Program-made: the position numbers and the translations under genes
Origin: Orbicella franksi
Lineage: Eukaryota
Reading direction: 5' to 3'
NCBI GenBank assembly: GCA_964199315.1
Contig: OZ116710.1
Coordinates: forward strand, 4,960,001-5,024,000
Length of the DNA stretch: 64,000 bases
In this document: positions 24,101-39,206 of the stretch, piece after piece
Numbering within the stretch: the stretch's first letter is position 1
Layout: each line of letters starts with the position of its first letter
The notes under the pieces: generated by a model
What the model saw: the letters and a program-made list of their open reading frames with translations, nothing else
Told to the model about the DNA's origin: nothing
Databases searched by the model: none

Positions 24101-27100
24101 CTGAAAGGCAAGGCGGCTATGTTGTCGATTAGTAGTTCGCGCTATAAAATTATTTGCGGTACTAAAATGTAACGTTAGGACAAAGTATCCTTTCTTAATT
24201 TCACAAGTAAACTATCTTTTAACCCTCGCGAAATTTCTTCAGTGGTGGGGTTTTTGTAAGAAGCCCCATTCGAAGTGAACGAAATTATTCGGAGAATGCT
24301 ATCCCGCTGGGAAATGTCTAAAAATACGATTAAATTCATATCGTTACCAAGCACTTGTTTGTTAAAAGGTGCGGGGAGTTTAAAAAATGATTCTACGCAA
24401 CTCTACCTCTCTTTCCCGGTCTGTTAATTTCTGTCTTTGACGTACGATATTTTTCTCTTGGACATCTAAGATAACGTTTTACCTGTATACCTTGATTAAT
24501 TGAGACTTGCTTGTTTTAAACTCCAGCGGCCGCTATTCGGAATTTTGCTCTCCATGTATTAGTGTGATTATAACTTCAAGCCGAACCGCCTAGAGCCAAA
24601 AAAAGTTTCTTCCTTAAATTATTCAGCTGACCCGCTCTTCGGTGTTGTTATGGTTTAAGGGCCTTGAGCTTCGAAAAAAAGGGAAAGCACTTGCGGATTG
24701 TTATGACTCTTGGGGTTGGATTTTAATTACTAGCTGTGTGCTCTCTCCGCCTTCCACTTAGTGAGCTGTGGTTAATATTTGTTTTATCGGTTTTAGATAT
24801 CCATTGCCGTACAATCACAAAACTGTTAATTTGTATCCTGTTTATTTTATTTCCTGGTTTTAAGCTGATGTTGTTTTTAGAGGTAAACCCAGCCTGGTTG
24901 AGAAATATTTTTCCATGTCATGCTAAACCATTTAGTCTTGGCTTTGCCGCGCACACGAAATTTCACTAGTAAATTACTTTTTCAGTCGGCAATTGGTCTG
25001 TCGGATTTGTTTCTGATTTCAAGTACTTCAAGTGTCGTAGGAAAAAGTACAGCTTAATCAAAATGTTTTCCGCTGTTTGGGCAGTGGACAGGTAAATTAA
25101 ACTGTCAATTATAGTATCCAAACATTTGCGCGTTTATTCTGTTTTTCCCAGCGGCTATGAGTTCAGAATTTTCATAGGTTCTTTGTGACGAAAAGAAATA
25201 CACTTTTTCCTCTGACAAATTTTGCTGGCGGCGAATTCAAAGGTTAAAAATTTAAGCTCTCTTTTTCTCATTAGTGGGCTGAATGTAGAAAGCTCTAAAA
25301 GTCGTCCTAAAATATTACTACTGGGGTTTAAAAGAGTTTAACATAATGGCTTAGAAAATATAATGGAGTTCGGAAAACTATTTGTAGTTACTTTGATCTT
25401 TTTTCAGAAAAAACTGAAGCACAGAAATTTTCAAACAAAAAACTGAATTGTCTCTCATTTTTATTCTGAGTGGCAATTGCGTCTCCTTCTTGTGTGATTT
25501 TGAGCAGTTTTTGGTACCAGAATCAATTTTCCAACTGCCGAGAAATCGAACAGTGTTCAAACTGACGAAAGCAACGAAATATTCGTGCAGCGAAAAAGAA
25601 CGCGCTGGCTATAAAAGTACTTTGGCTCGGCGAAGAGTTCAAATGCGTTGTTTGATTAAAACAACCTTTAAAGTGAGAATAAACACAAAAAGACAATGGA
25701 GGCTCTTATTCATGAGAAAAAGAAAACTGCTTACATGATTGCCATGCACTTTAAGGAGTAATTAACGATACAGCGTTTGGACTAATAATTTACAGATTTA
25801 TGTATTTGTGGGTATATTTTTCAGTCAGTTCCCCAATAAAATGCTGGAACTCTACCTTCAAACTCTAAGTGAGAAGAGGAATAGACAGAAAACCTTTTTT
25901 TGAACGGTTTTGAAGGTACATTGTAAAGACAGATTGAGTGAATGCAACGAACTTAGCATGAGAAAATCAAGCAGCTATGTTTCATTTACTTTCTTAGGAT
26001 TCGGTGGAAGGTTGCTTTAGAGGTATGGTCGCCAAAAAATCAGACTTAATTTAGATGAGTTCTTTTCGTGTGTTGGATTTCCCTCGCGGAAAAGCTTTAT
26101 TACCTTGACAACGCGTGTCAATTTGAGTTCGTCCATTATATCTGTGGTCTATTTCAAGAGGCACTTTGTGTGCGGTAGCTATTAAGCCGGTGATTACCAC
26201 TTTTGTTTTTAGTTTTAGACGAAAGAGGAAGAAACACACAGACTACTATATATCGCTGTTTTTGCCTGGAGCGGAGAAAAGAAAATTGAAACCGAAACTT
26301 GTCCTTGTGAGATTTTTCTTAGTGTGGCGGTCGACGAAACATTCTTGACTTATCATGCACGAGAATCACCATAAAGCGAAATTGGATTCCGGTTTACGCT
26401 TTTTCTTAAGATCTATTCAAATCGGAAATTATTTGCATATAATGTAAAGAACTCTCGGAATAAGGTGTTTTACAGCTCTTGTTCGTGGAAACACAACCAA
26501 CTGTTCTTAGGCAAAAATAGTTTTATTCGAGAAATGTCAATGTGTTGTTTCCGCTCGTTTTCAACAACGTTTATGGCAAATAAAACCCCGATAAATTGCT
26601 TCTTTTTGTAAGTTTTGTCAATAGCCGGCTGAAAGTAGCGATTTTGAAAATGAAAATTATATCTGAGAAGATAAACTTCTTCAAAATAGTCTTCATTTTT
26701 TAAATTTTTTTTTATTTTACGTTTCCAGCTGTGATTTTCCAGGGATTCAGTGCGTGCTAACAGCTTTCTTTACGCGTGTGTCATTTGTAAAAGTTAAAAC
26801 AGCCAATTTCCGTCTTTTTTGCTTCAAAACTGATCAAGTTCTCTTTTTACTATATCCAACAGTGGCGACGAGGAAATTGCGACCAAACAAAAACTCACAC
26901 GAAACGGCAGAAGAAAATGTGAAACAAAGAGAATTGCACGCCATTTCAATAGCTACCAGTTTTGTCTTGTCCACGAAATCTCCGGTGCAAAGATTAAGCC
27001 CGTTTCGAAGAGACGAAGAGCTTTGTAACTCTGAAAAGATATAGAAAATAAACTTTTGAATAGATTCCATGGCTTTTTTCAGGGGAGGAAAAATTATCAA

Positions 27101-30100
27101 AGTAAACAATGAGTCAGTAATTTTCCTGCTTTCAGCCTGTTAAATTTCCACAGTGTTTAGGGTTCATTTAAGTTTTCCGATGGAAAATAATCCCAAAAAA
27201 TTTGCATCAGAAACAGAGTGTGCATAATACTGACCGTATAATATTCATTTTGAACAAACATTTACAGGAATTTTGGTTTTTTAAAAAATCTCGCGCCATT
27301 CTTATATTCTCTTTGGGCCATAAGATAGTCATTTCGAGCAAATTACTGAATGGCTAAACTGCTATCTGCCAATTAAAATATCTTTCTTATTGATATATAC
27401 ATTTAGGTATAAACTACGGTAATCAGTCTAGGACGGTAGTTAAAACTTTTGTTGTCGATAAACTAATTTCACTCATGGCGTATGAAATAACCAGTGTGCT
27501 GAGAGAAAACAGAAAGTGAAAACCATGTTGTTCGTTGTGACGTATGTCATCTTCCTACCACAAATTCACTTATGGAATCGAAACAAGTCAAAATTCAAAT
27601 TAACTGGTACCACTAAGGCAGTTAAATTGAAAGGATTAGAGTACAAAATAAGACACTGAGTACAAAATAACTAAAAATAAATTTGTAACTTGTACATGCA
27701 TTGCACAAGAATTAGAACTGTATGCAGCGCCATTTTACTTAAAGGTTATTTTCACGGTGGGAAATAAATTTCGTACTTAGCATTTGAAGGGAACTTGGTT
27801 TATCCGCAGCCTGAATTACTACCCTTTGTTTTCTGAGTTTTATGCGCGCCAAAGATTTTGTACATTTGCTTTTCAGTTTGAAATTCGCTGGATTTCATTC
27901 AGTTGAACTGTTTGTTTTCGATCGTGTTGATTTTCGGAGCACAAAGGAACTGAAAGTGAAACAGTCCCTCGTTTTTTCTCCGAACAACGCTCAGTCTACA
28001 TCTGCACAGAGGAAAAGAGTGTATAAGCAAAAGAGTGCTTCCAAAATTAACGCCATTATGTACAAGATATTTTGAAGCGCACAGAAAATTTGTTATATTA
28101 AATAAATTATTGATTGCTTTGTTGTTATTTGTTATTTCTGTCCGCGTAGAATACGATTTCGTATTTTCTTCAGTAACTTCCCTTTGTCGCAAAACATGAC
28201 TGATTCGACTGGAAAGAATAAGGAACGAGAGAATTGGTTCATTTGTCAACCAAGGATTTAGAAAAGGACAGCGTGCATGACAATTCTGAGACGTAAAAAG
28301 AATTCAAGAGAGAATGGTTGCTCGCGCTTCGTGCGCGCTCGTGTATCGCACTAGAGCCCGCTAATCCGCCTGTACTGCAGGCTAGGGTTGTTGATGCGCT
28401 TGGCGCAAATCTTACTCTCAGATATGCATGGATGTAAATTTAGGTCTTCCACATAGTAGAGCAAGTCTTATATATTAGTATTATATATTTCTTGGTAATT
28501 GGGTTCTTTTAGATTCTTGTCGATGTTACGTAAGACAGTTTAAAGCAGTGTTAGAATTTAAAAACAAAGCGACTGAAACTTGAGGACAATCTTTGGCTCC
28601 TTCATCGAGGCTGAAGCGGATAAATTTATCCCACACCAGGTAATTGCAGCTGTGCTGTTTGGATTGTTTCTAGGAAGTTATTTTTGTAAACAAGTCCAGA
28701 GCATATCCTTTCATTTATTTTGTATTTTAGTTTGTTTTTTTTCGTATCGATCGTAGGCAAGCTATGTCAGGTGGTAAAGATGGCCGGTAGTTTATGCTGT
28801 GTGTTGGCGTTCAGGTGTAGCAGATGAAGCGTGTTTAATACGAGATATATATTTCAGAACGCTGAGCTGTATACGTTTATACACACTAAATGGGTTTGTT
28901 TTCTATTTTAGGCTTTACCGTAAGGTTCTAGAATTTTGCACTGTTGTTCTGTTATCTCTCAGCTGGCAATCAAGGCCGGAATTAAAATTTGAATCCGTTT
29001 ACTGGCCGTGAGTGCGTGCTTAATGTAAGCCAACGCGCCTATGTATAGTTTGTGTGACACAGCTTACTGAAAGCTGCGAAGGCTTCTTCAATTGAAGACA
29101 ATATTACTGTTCAGTATCAGCTATCCTGAGTTCTGTATTGCTTCTTTATGAATCGAGTACAAGCTTGCCTATATTTTAGTTCATCCGACTGGTTTCTCCA
29201 CTGCGTAAATCGCTTAGCGGTCTTTGCTGCATATATGGGGGAGATGTGCAGATTCTTTCTCAGCGAGTATTGTTCTGATGCGAGTAAACATTCAAGAGGT
29301 ACCATTTTTCTATGCTTCGCCGCTCGTACAAATGCAGATTCTTTTGGCACGAGCTTGGATACGACGCCATGTAAATAAACTATCTCTAAAATCACGGTAT
29401 CTTTTAATTATGAAGAACTGTAAATGAACGAGTCTCCCCTCCAGAAAAAAAAAATTAAAAATAAAATATTCAGAATCGACTTTTGTCGAATCAATCACAG
29501 AAAACGTTGTCTGTGATAATTGAATGACATCAACTTGCAGAGTTTGGCCTCGTTCGTTTTTACGATGGAATCCGCTATGAAAACTTATAGAACTTGATAT
29601 TAAAAGGTTTTGGATGAAATAAATCGTGTTTAGTTTTCACACTTCGTTAAATAGCTACTATACAGTTGATTTAGTAACTCGCATCACATTGTAAAACAGT
29701 TGGCTGTTGTTTGGTTTTCAATGAGCTTCACCTTCTGCTCCTTTTACTTGGAGGTTGGGAGGAGGGCCAGTCATGTCTGTCCTCTTAAAGTAACGATTGA
29801 ATTACGGAATTTAAAACTATGATCATAGAGATTTAAGAAACTCGTGTACCATATCCGATATCAAATGTGAATTTTTGGAATCATTCTCAGTTATGTAATT
29901 TCTTGTTCTTTCTGCATTATTTTATGTTTTATTCCTATATTTATGTGACAAATGATAATATTTAGAACAGGACCTCTCTTTATATCACCGGTAGGTGAGA
30001 GAGTTTCCTGTGGTAAATATTATTGTTATTATACAAGTTTAGAAACCCTTTTTTAATTTTTCAGCTTTCAGAACACGTAAATAAATTGTTTACACACTTT

Positions 30101-33100
30101 TGTGATGGAGTCTATACACCCAGCGCCAGTTTAAAAGTCAAAATGGAAGAAGGCACTCGGCTAGAACGATAAATTTTAAATGCTATGAAATTGCTAGCTT
30201 AGAGGAATGGTAGATGTTTTTTATCCAAGTTTTTCAGGAAAGATGTCATTGAAAAGTTGGAATTGTAACAGGTTGAAGGCGGACTTATCAATGTGTTTGT
30301 CACTCCGCCTCATTTTGCCAATTCTTTGTAACTGTTCTGCGAAATACAATCATCAGAGCATACAGCGCAAAGAAATTCCTGGTGCTTTTGTTTTGTATTG
30401 TCTTCAGCTTTCTGTTCTAAGTACACAGTAAAAGTTAAGTTGTTCAAAAAAGCTATTGTATAAATCACTTGTGTGGTTTTTTTTAGCGTCTTTTGGCGGT
30501 GATGTTGTTGTCACAACCAGTTTGTTTTGTAACCGTAACTTTTCTAATACAACTACCACGTTAAAGATTCTGTTTACTTAACCACATTGTCCAGTAATTA
30601 TCACTTTATCTCGAGCTCCGTGGAAAGAGAATCCCCACGTGGAACAAAATTACCCTCATTATATTAATTATTGTCAAGCAAACAAACGGACGATTTTGAG
30701 GTTGTCGAGCAGAAGATCAAAAACCCATTTCAATTCATTTGTTGTGATAATAGGCAGGTGTCTGTTACGACACCTATCGAATAGTCGCGTGTTGTGCGAG
30801 CACGTGGCGTTTTCGCCGTTGCGATCACATCATGATCAGGATTTTAAAATAATCGTCAACATCTTTCGGCGGGAGGTCCTGATATCTGATGGAAGGGCTA
30901 AAAAGTTGATAAAGGTTTAAGGGATCCGCGCAAGTATTTTCGTTCTTCGAAAACGACGAAGAAATAGTTTTTTTTGTTCAAGAAAGAGGAATATTGGTAA
31001 ACTTTACTGATATTAATTCTAGCGTTGAGTTAGTGACCTAACACTTAAAGAAGTCAAGTTACTCAACATTGTAGCTTGATATTTGTTCATGGATGCCATG
31101 TGATTCTTTGGGTAAAAAATGTGCTAAACTAAGTAACAGATTTGCACAAAGGATATTACGGTCGTGTTCTTGATTCCCCGCGGTGTTGCAATTTCGTTAA
31201 GTGTCTGATAAACAGCGGTCTTGTTTGTAAATAACACCGTATGGGGCCTTAATTCTAGTCTCCAATGTTAAACTCCTATCATCTTTTCAGCTTTGATCAG
31301 TGGCAACCTTAAGTCTATTAAAACTTTAGGGACACTAACAGTCTTAAAAGAATCAGTTGACTGTATATAAGCTATATAATTAGGAAAAAAGGTGCGAAAT
31401 GCAACATAATCTGTAATCTGTCAGCTTGTTGGGAAATAATAGTATTTGGAGGTTTACAATCGATTTTAATTATCCCCGTTTCTAGCTGTCCTTGTTCTGT
31501 TATGGCTTGTTATCTCCTCTTTACTGTTTCTCTAGCCAGTGATCTATCATATCACTTGACGATTTTCCTTGATATAAAGAATCTCTCTTACATGATGTGA
31601 CTTAACTGGCTTCGAAGACTATCGCGCAATATCACTTCTTAGTAATTCAGCTATACTACGAGAGTTTGTAACCTCTTGTAACAGTTACAACAAGGTGTGC
31701 CTGTTGTTCATTCAAACTTTTTATTTCCTCTCGCCTCTGAAAAGAAAAAGCTTATTATACGAGCTGGGCTTGATTTATCTTGAATTCTTCGTCCTTTTTC
31801 AGTTGTGAATTTCTTCTATTGTTTTGAACTGTTTTTATAACTGTGTAAAAGAGCTATTTAGATTCTGTCAGTGAAAGTTCATTGGAATTGTTTTTATAAA
31901 ATTTTGACCATTATGCACTGGTCTTAATTAGCCATTCTTCGAGATTGAGAGGGAACGAACATACAGAAACTCAAGCAAAACAAATCTTGGATGGTCTTGA
32001 ATGAAAGATTACTATTTTCAACTTAACAAGCGACATTGCGCTCGAAATATTGTGAACAAACGATACGCACAAAGTAGTGAATAATGCTTTCATTTTACGT
32101 GACGTCCGCGCGAGAGAGACACGCTATAGTAAGCTGAGGGCACTCGACGACTTCTTATTTAAGCTACACAGAAGCAATTTGGTTTAAAGCTAACTGGGTT
32201 GATACGCTCTGTTTGTAGTTGAAATGAAACTGTTCGCGCGCGAAACAAAAGAGGGACGCGTGAAAGTGTCTCCGCTTTCAATACCAGTTAATTTCAAAGC
32301 CTGCCTTGTGCGAAAGCAAGGAAGTTCCTTCGAATGGGTGTTTATAAGTTCCGGTGTTGGTTTTCATTCGACATAAACGTGACTTCTGCGTGGAAAAAAT
32401 CGCGTGCCTACTGTGAAACATGATCTTTGGCAATTGACGGTCACCTTGGGGGGGAGCGTTTAATGTTGTGATTTAATTCTAATTTAAACGCAACAGGAAG
32501 TCCAGACACACCGGGAAGTTAAACAGCTCAATGTACAGCTGTCAGAACAAGGTATCACATACGGCTTGTTTAAACATTATAACCCGCGCAACGTGCAGTA
32601 AAAACATAACTTCCTTTGTTTCACGCTGTTGTGTCACTTAAACACTTAGTAGCGTAATGAGGCACGAAGTGGGAGGCATGAAGTCACGGAAAACATCATT
32701 CCTCGCTGCAGTATCTCTATGAGAATAAAGCTTACAACAAAGTGAGAAATTTACTCTCCCTTTCGCGCGAAAGTGCGCGTCACACGAGCGAACATCAGTT
32801 TCCTTGAATTCTTAATTTCATTAACCGGCGTTTTGGCCAAAAAATTGAAAGGTATGAAATGGGAGTTCTTTAATATGGACGTCTAAGTGGCAAACCAAAG
32901 GGACGTGTTTGTGTTATAGAAGCCGTATAGACTATATGAATTCAGAGTTCTTTGGGATTAAATGAACCGTTCGTAATCTCGATGGTCGGGTTCGTAAGGA
33001 GAGTTTCCACATGGCTACGCTTATTCTGAGGGTGCCTAGGACTGGGCACAGTGACTGCTTGTCAAAACAGAGTTATAAAGTGCCCTGATGCTGTCACTAT

Positions 33101-36100
33101 TTAATCTTGCAATAAACGCATGAAGTGAGAAGAGCTTGGCACTGTATGTTGTGTTTGCTCACCAAGTGTCAAGCAGCGTGTGTTACATATTCACTCTACT
33201 ATTTTGCCGATATAACTGAGTTAATTAGAACAAACGCTTTGGCGAATACACGAGCTTTTAAGCGAGTATCGATTTTTGAGAAGGTTAGAGGAGAAGGGAA
33301 ACATTCGAAAATCAAGGACGCCGTATAAAACCTAGGTAGACTTGAATTAATGTTTGTTCCTCCACTCTCCAACTAGCGAGGCTGTCGATGGATAGGCTGA
33401 AAGAATGAAGTAAACGATTTGCGATCGAACAACGAGGATGTGCTGTGACTACAACACTGTTAATCCAATGTAAGCTTTTTTTTTTTTGAAGTATAAACTT
33501 TATTCATCTCAATATGGCTTTTTATTTCCCAAATGTGTGAGAAATGTGCTTATATTTTAGTTAACAATGGATAATGAAAACGTCATTTAGATGTTTCTTT
33601 GTCACTGGAAAATGAAAATCGTGTCGGTGTTTAAAGAAAGCAGTAGTAACAGGGATTTTTACAATGTGGTCTTTTGTAAGTGTGCAAGCGATCCTTTGTT
33701 CGACCCTCTGTTATTTAGCCAAATGATTTAATTCACGGTCTTTCACTAAGGAACAAAAGAACACATGCGCTATATAGAGCGAAGAGAGAACAAGGAAACG
33801 AAACAACTCAGATACAATCATAATGATAATAGTAGTAATAATGATAATAAAAAGGTTCGTGTCCTTAATAACGAACTCCTCAGGACTATACAGTGTCTTT
33901 TTATAACTGAACGAAATTGCCTTCCAACAAAATTGCTTCCTCAAGAAGTCCGCCATAAGAGGCGTGCCGCCATTACGCGCCGTCTGTACGAGCTTCCCGC
34001 GTGGAGCTACCGCCGTGAGACGTTTACGGCACGCAATAGATCACACGGGTGAATTTCATGAATGTACGTGCTGTTACTAAAAACTGAGTGCAAAAGTTGG
34101 AGAGTGTAAAACATTAACCACAGCTGGACTTACGTGCCCAAAGTACGGCCATTACAACTTTAAGTTAGTTTTGAGTTTTTTGATTTATTAGAAATAAGCG
34201 CATTTTGTTGGTACGCGAGAAATAACATTTTGGCTTTATCTTGAATAAAGTACCATTCTTTTTGAGGTACGAGCAATTGTATACATCTGCAACTGCTCAT
34301 TCTATAAAGTCCCTAAAGCTACCGAAAGGATACTGATTTTCTTTGCATGTTTTTGATGTGATCGAGGTCATTGTCCGTGAAATTCTACCATGCATATCAA
34401 GAGGTTTTGTGAGCATTTTGGGGATGCCATGTCGCAAATTGGAGACATAAAGTTAAGGTTTATTAAGGATGCTCTTGAAAAGTTCATAACATCATAGAGT
34501 ATGCAACACAATTTTACTGAACTTCGTAAACTTCATAAACTTACTCGAGGAACCATTTTGTTGCATTGGATAAGTCGAGTTAAAAAGATTTGATGTACAG
34601 CCATCGGTTTATTTCCTTTTTTTTAAGGACTTTAAGTCGTGTTAATGTTTGCTTAATATTGTAAAATAAAGAGAAACAAAGTAACACTATACTTCTTGAA
34701 ATGCAAACTACATTTTGTACTCTGCATGATGGAACCTAACATTTTCTCGAGTTTATCCACAACCGACAATACTGTGTGTAAAAGTTCCTTGGCTGACAAT
34801 CGTCAAATTCGCGCCAGTTACTGAAATCGGTGACCTACAAAGGGCGAGCAGACTTAGCCATCTTCTGCCCAGAATCAGCTAAAGTACATTTCAAATGCAA
34901 AGTAAAATAATTGTCCAAAAAATTTAGCCCAATCTTTTAGGGTGAGAGAGAGAGAGCAAAAGACGAAAATTGGCCGCGCAAATACTGGAGACGAAGTAAA
35001 AGTGGGAAGTAAATCTGACAAGCTTATGAACGGCAGATCGACCTCCTCGGGAAAGAGACATCTTGAAGCTTTAGCTTGCGAAATCAGCTATCGTTTTAGT
35101 GGTCTTAAAATAATTTGCTACAGGAATTTTTTTGCAGGGTTATGCTTACAGAAAACAAGAGTGCAGATCAAATTTGTTTAACATTGGAAATCTTTCCAGC
35201 CACTGAAATTGGAGCTAAAGGGGTTTCTGGCAAAGCTTTTCATTTCCTCAGACTGACTAGGAGGAGTTCGTACTTCATTCAGATACTTGAGCGCCGACAA
35301 TTTGTTCAAGCAACTAAGAAACTGGTCATTTTTCTCCGTTCATGTTTTGCTCTTCTCCCTCGACTGCCCGTCGTATGTATCCCTATTGCTTGTTTATTGT
35401 TCTCGTTTACACGGGTGTTTCGTTTGTTAAATTGGCCGCAGAATCTGAGAACATCGGTCATTTTATGGAGCAAAGGTATTGATTTGCGTTGTTGAAGCCC
35501 ATGACAAAGCACTTATTGTTATGGCTTTTGGAACATTTGGGTCGCTTGGGTGAATTTCAAGAGGATGTTATTACGCAGAGGAACCGGCTTCCTGTGAAGT
35601 GTTTCGAGAAGGAATACTTGCCCTAAGGGTTCTTGTTAAGAACAAAAAGAACAACATCATGGTTACGTACAGAGCTAATTAATTTACCATCGATAGACAG
35701 CAAGTCTTTGTGGACACTTAAAACTGCTTGAGGTTAGCTTAATAGACCCGTGGTATTAAGGAAAATCTATTTTTAACGTTTCTATCCACTTGTTTGCCAC
35801 TGGAAATTGATATAATTATCTTTCAGTTTTCAAACTTTGACTCAAAGCGCATGGTTCGTAAACCATGCATTTACTACCCAACCAAAACATCAATTTTGTC
35901 GTTCTGATTGCCACATATTACTCTGCATTTGTGTCGAGACAATTTGTCGGTACATCACTTATTCAAGAGATTCAAGATTCTTTATTCTCCCGTCTGTCCT
36001 CTTGAGAATGTAACGATATTGAATAAAAGAGTTAAATTCTGGGGACCTTTCTCGAGATAAAGTAAAATTAGTCCATAAAGTTCTATTCATTACATTAACA

Positions 36101-37814
36101 TGCGATTGTCTGTTAAGGAGCTTGTTTTGATGTTACACTTTAAGTGCTTTTTCGATTTATTATTTTTTTTTTTTTTGTGAAAGGGGCCCCTTTTGTTAAC
36201 TAATGACCCGAAAAACCAACGGCGCCTGTCGTGAGGGATTCAGCGAAAGTCAAGGGTTTTTGTCGTCAACACTTTGAACATTCGTGGCAAAACACCACTA
36301 GGTTTAATCTTCAGCTTCCAATCAAGAGATTATTCGATTAGAACTCGTATTTTGTACAAACTACTTGGGCTAATGGCTTAAATTTTGAAAATTCCATGCT
36401 TATATACATTCCAAGTCACTTAGCATAAAGCGTTCTAGAAATGCGCAGAATGTATTGTTCTTCTCTACTGCCCTGAAAATTGATGTTCGTAATTTACGAT
36501 AGATATGATATCTTAAATCACAACCCGCTCATTGGAAAGAAGGAAAGCAGTGAATGCGATGGGGTTGGTAATTTACAGGAAGCGCGGGTTTGACCACTCC
36601 ATCGACACATTTTCCGCTTAGGAGGCTCTTAAAGCGGTAGAACAATATCGCATGGAACAACACGTTGTAAAAAAGATGTTGTACCCGCGTTTCCACCACA
36701 TGGTGGATATTTGGCCACTCTGTAATGGACACTGAAGGGCAAAGACGTCGGCTCCTATCCGGTCGTGTGCGCTTTGCCGAAAATACATTTCAACTGTGAA
36801 CTTTAAATTGCTATTCGTGTTTCAGTAGTGTTGCGAACGAAACGTCTAGAAAGGGAAGTTCTGGTTTCAGCACAAATTTAAAGGCTGAAAGAGTTGTTTT
36901 CGTAGACCATCTTATTGTTTTGGCTTCATAGATCACTTATAACCAAACATTCGCGATTTTACGAATCAATTTTGAAGTTCAACTTGTTACGAGCAAGATA
37001 ATAATAGCGTCAAATCAAGTTCTCCTCATCTCAACATGATTTCATTCAGGGTTTGAAGTTAAAGAGACTAAACATAGATGTATTTCATAATGTTACTGAG
37101 CACGTGCCTGGTGGAGAGTAAAAATATAATTCAAGAGACACTCGTGGGTCTTGCACAATCAGCTGTCACTCACATCCGTTGCAACCGACTTATATTTCGA
37201 TTATATTGGCTTTTGACTCAAACTGCGGCTTTGTAATTATGACACGGTAAATTTTATACCTTGCCGTTGGACAGCCTTGTTAGCAGTCAATATGTGAACC
37301 GTTCTTATGACTCGGTTTTCATACCATAAAAAATACGATTTCGCTCCACTGACGGACTGCTCTGGTCATGATCTTTTTGCTTTCTTCTGATTGCATAATT
37401 ACACTTTGACAGCCCTACAATAGTTGGGTTCTACCAATTTTCTTTAAAACAGTATAACTAGGATGGAAAAACTTAACAATTACCAAACTGTTACATTGTT
37501 TGAATGCTTTACTCCGTATTTGCGTTAAAGTACTCAATATTATTGCTTAGTAATAGCTTTTTATTTTCACCTAAGTGGTAGTCACACTTACCTTAACATT
37601 CCATGAATTCTTTAAATTTTGTGAAATTATGATCATTTGGTAATGTCTCCACACAAATGACCAGATTTACTTACAGAGATACTGTAAGAGATCTATTAAT
37701 TAAGCTCCTCGCATATAGTCCTGCCGTGAGTTCGCCATTCGCGCTAACTTCTTTATTACTCTTTCGGTAATCTGTAAGGTGGTTGCCATTTCAGTAGGGG
37801 AGAGGGCCTTTTCC

Positions 37815-38044
37815 CAGACTTGTACCCAGAAGCTATTCAATTTTTTTTAAAAATTGGATTGTTTTAAAGAGAAAGCGGTCTGGATCGAGTGGAACGCGCG
37901 GGACGTTATGGAAAGAGGCGGGTAAAATGAACTACTTTTCCTTCGACCCTTCTCATGACACCCCGTGCGCCTTAATCCACCCTAGTATCCAACTGTTTTC
38001 TCTCCCCCAAAACGACACGTGAATAGCAACAGGGTACGAGGCTG
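37815..38044. mobile_element. MITE (CAGCCTCGTACCC TIR family)
   Basis: CAGACTTGTACCC pairs with GGGTACGAGGCTG. Confidence 0.55.
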
Positions 38045-38303
38045 GCCTCTCCCCTCTAGTTTAAATGGCAACCATCTTGAAGATTGTAAGAAACGAGGTA
38101 ACTTTTCATGGGTAGCCTGTGGAAACGTAACCAATTGTGGCTAGCATAAAAGTTGTCTCTGTTAATGAGCGCGCGAAAATAATTTGTTTTTAGTAAAACT
38201 TCGTTTAAAAACAGGGTGCTTACCTTTTATCGCAGTTAACTTTTTGAGATAACCATTGAATAATGATAAGGAATTTTTATAATTCAGCAAACTAACAGAC
38301 CGA

Positions 38304-38525
38304 GGCTGCGCTTACCATTTGTAATTCGTTTTGTCGTTATTATGTTCCGTCGACGAGAGACTGGAAACTGGGGAATTCAGCAAATGGTGATGAAATTTCC
38401 ACCGTTCCATTCCGAACAAAAGAAGAGGTGATCCTCTGGAGGTAGTCTAGAATTTCCGAAAAATTACTGCCCCATTTGCTTTCCAACTCAAATCCTCGGA
38501 ATTTCTTGTTAAATGGTTAGCACCC
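38304..38525. mobile_element. MITE related to 6591-6886
   Basis: GCGCTTACCATTT ... AAATGGTTAGCACCC termini with a similar GGAA/TTCC-rich interior. Confidence 0.55.
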
Positions 38526-38759
38526 CGCCTCAGTGCAGTTAGCTGAACAAGACAAAACATAGAAAGCATTATACACACACACGCCAACTTGTCTTTTTGG
38601 TGGTGCTATCGAAGTGCTGTGGAAGCAGCCTAACGCCTATGCGACATTTGCGAGGACTAGCGGCGATTTTTTGTTAATTACAATTAATGATCCTCTTTCG
38701 AGGCTTCGTCTTAGCTTCCACTAACGATACTACATTTAGGAAATAATACACTGGCTGTG

Positions 38760-39095
38760 GGTAAAATTTGGGTGGTAGGGAAGGACGACTGGGGAGTAGG
38801 GGCCCAGGAAGGGGGCCCTACTGGGGGAGCACAGATCGGGTGGTACCGGGGGTAGCTACCCTGGAATAAAAGTTCCAGACCTGTCTCCAGGGGTGAGGCC
38901 CATATCCCACAGTCCCGGGGGACTGAGGGAACCAGGAGGGGGAGCCCCTCCTGGGGGGAGTACAGATCAGGTGGTACCGGGGGTAGCCACCTTGGAATAG
39001 GTAATTTCTCCGGACCTGTCTCCAGTGGGCTAGAGCCTTACTGTGGGGTAAAGTGCAGCTAATGGGTGCACTTCCCTGCCACCGTCCTTTAATAA
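38760..39095. repeat. GC-rich element with ~130-bp tandem duplication and serial hairpins
   Basis: Duplicated block at 38811-38890 and 38938-39025, many G4-G6 runs and several adjacent stem-loops. Confidence 0.7.
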
Positions 39096-39206
39096 CAAAC
39101 AACAGAAAGTAACCAAAATACAGTCTCTGTTCATTGCACCCTGAATGGTAAGGTCTAAGGCTTGCTAGGAGACAGATAACCCTAGCCTATAGCCATTAAT
39201 GGTATA

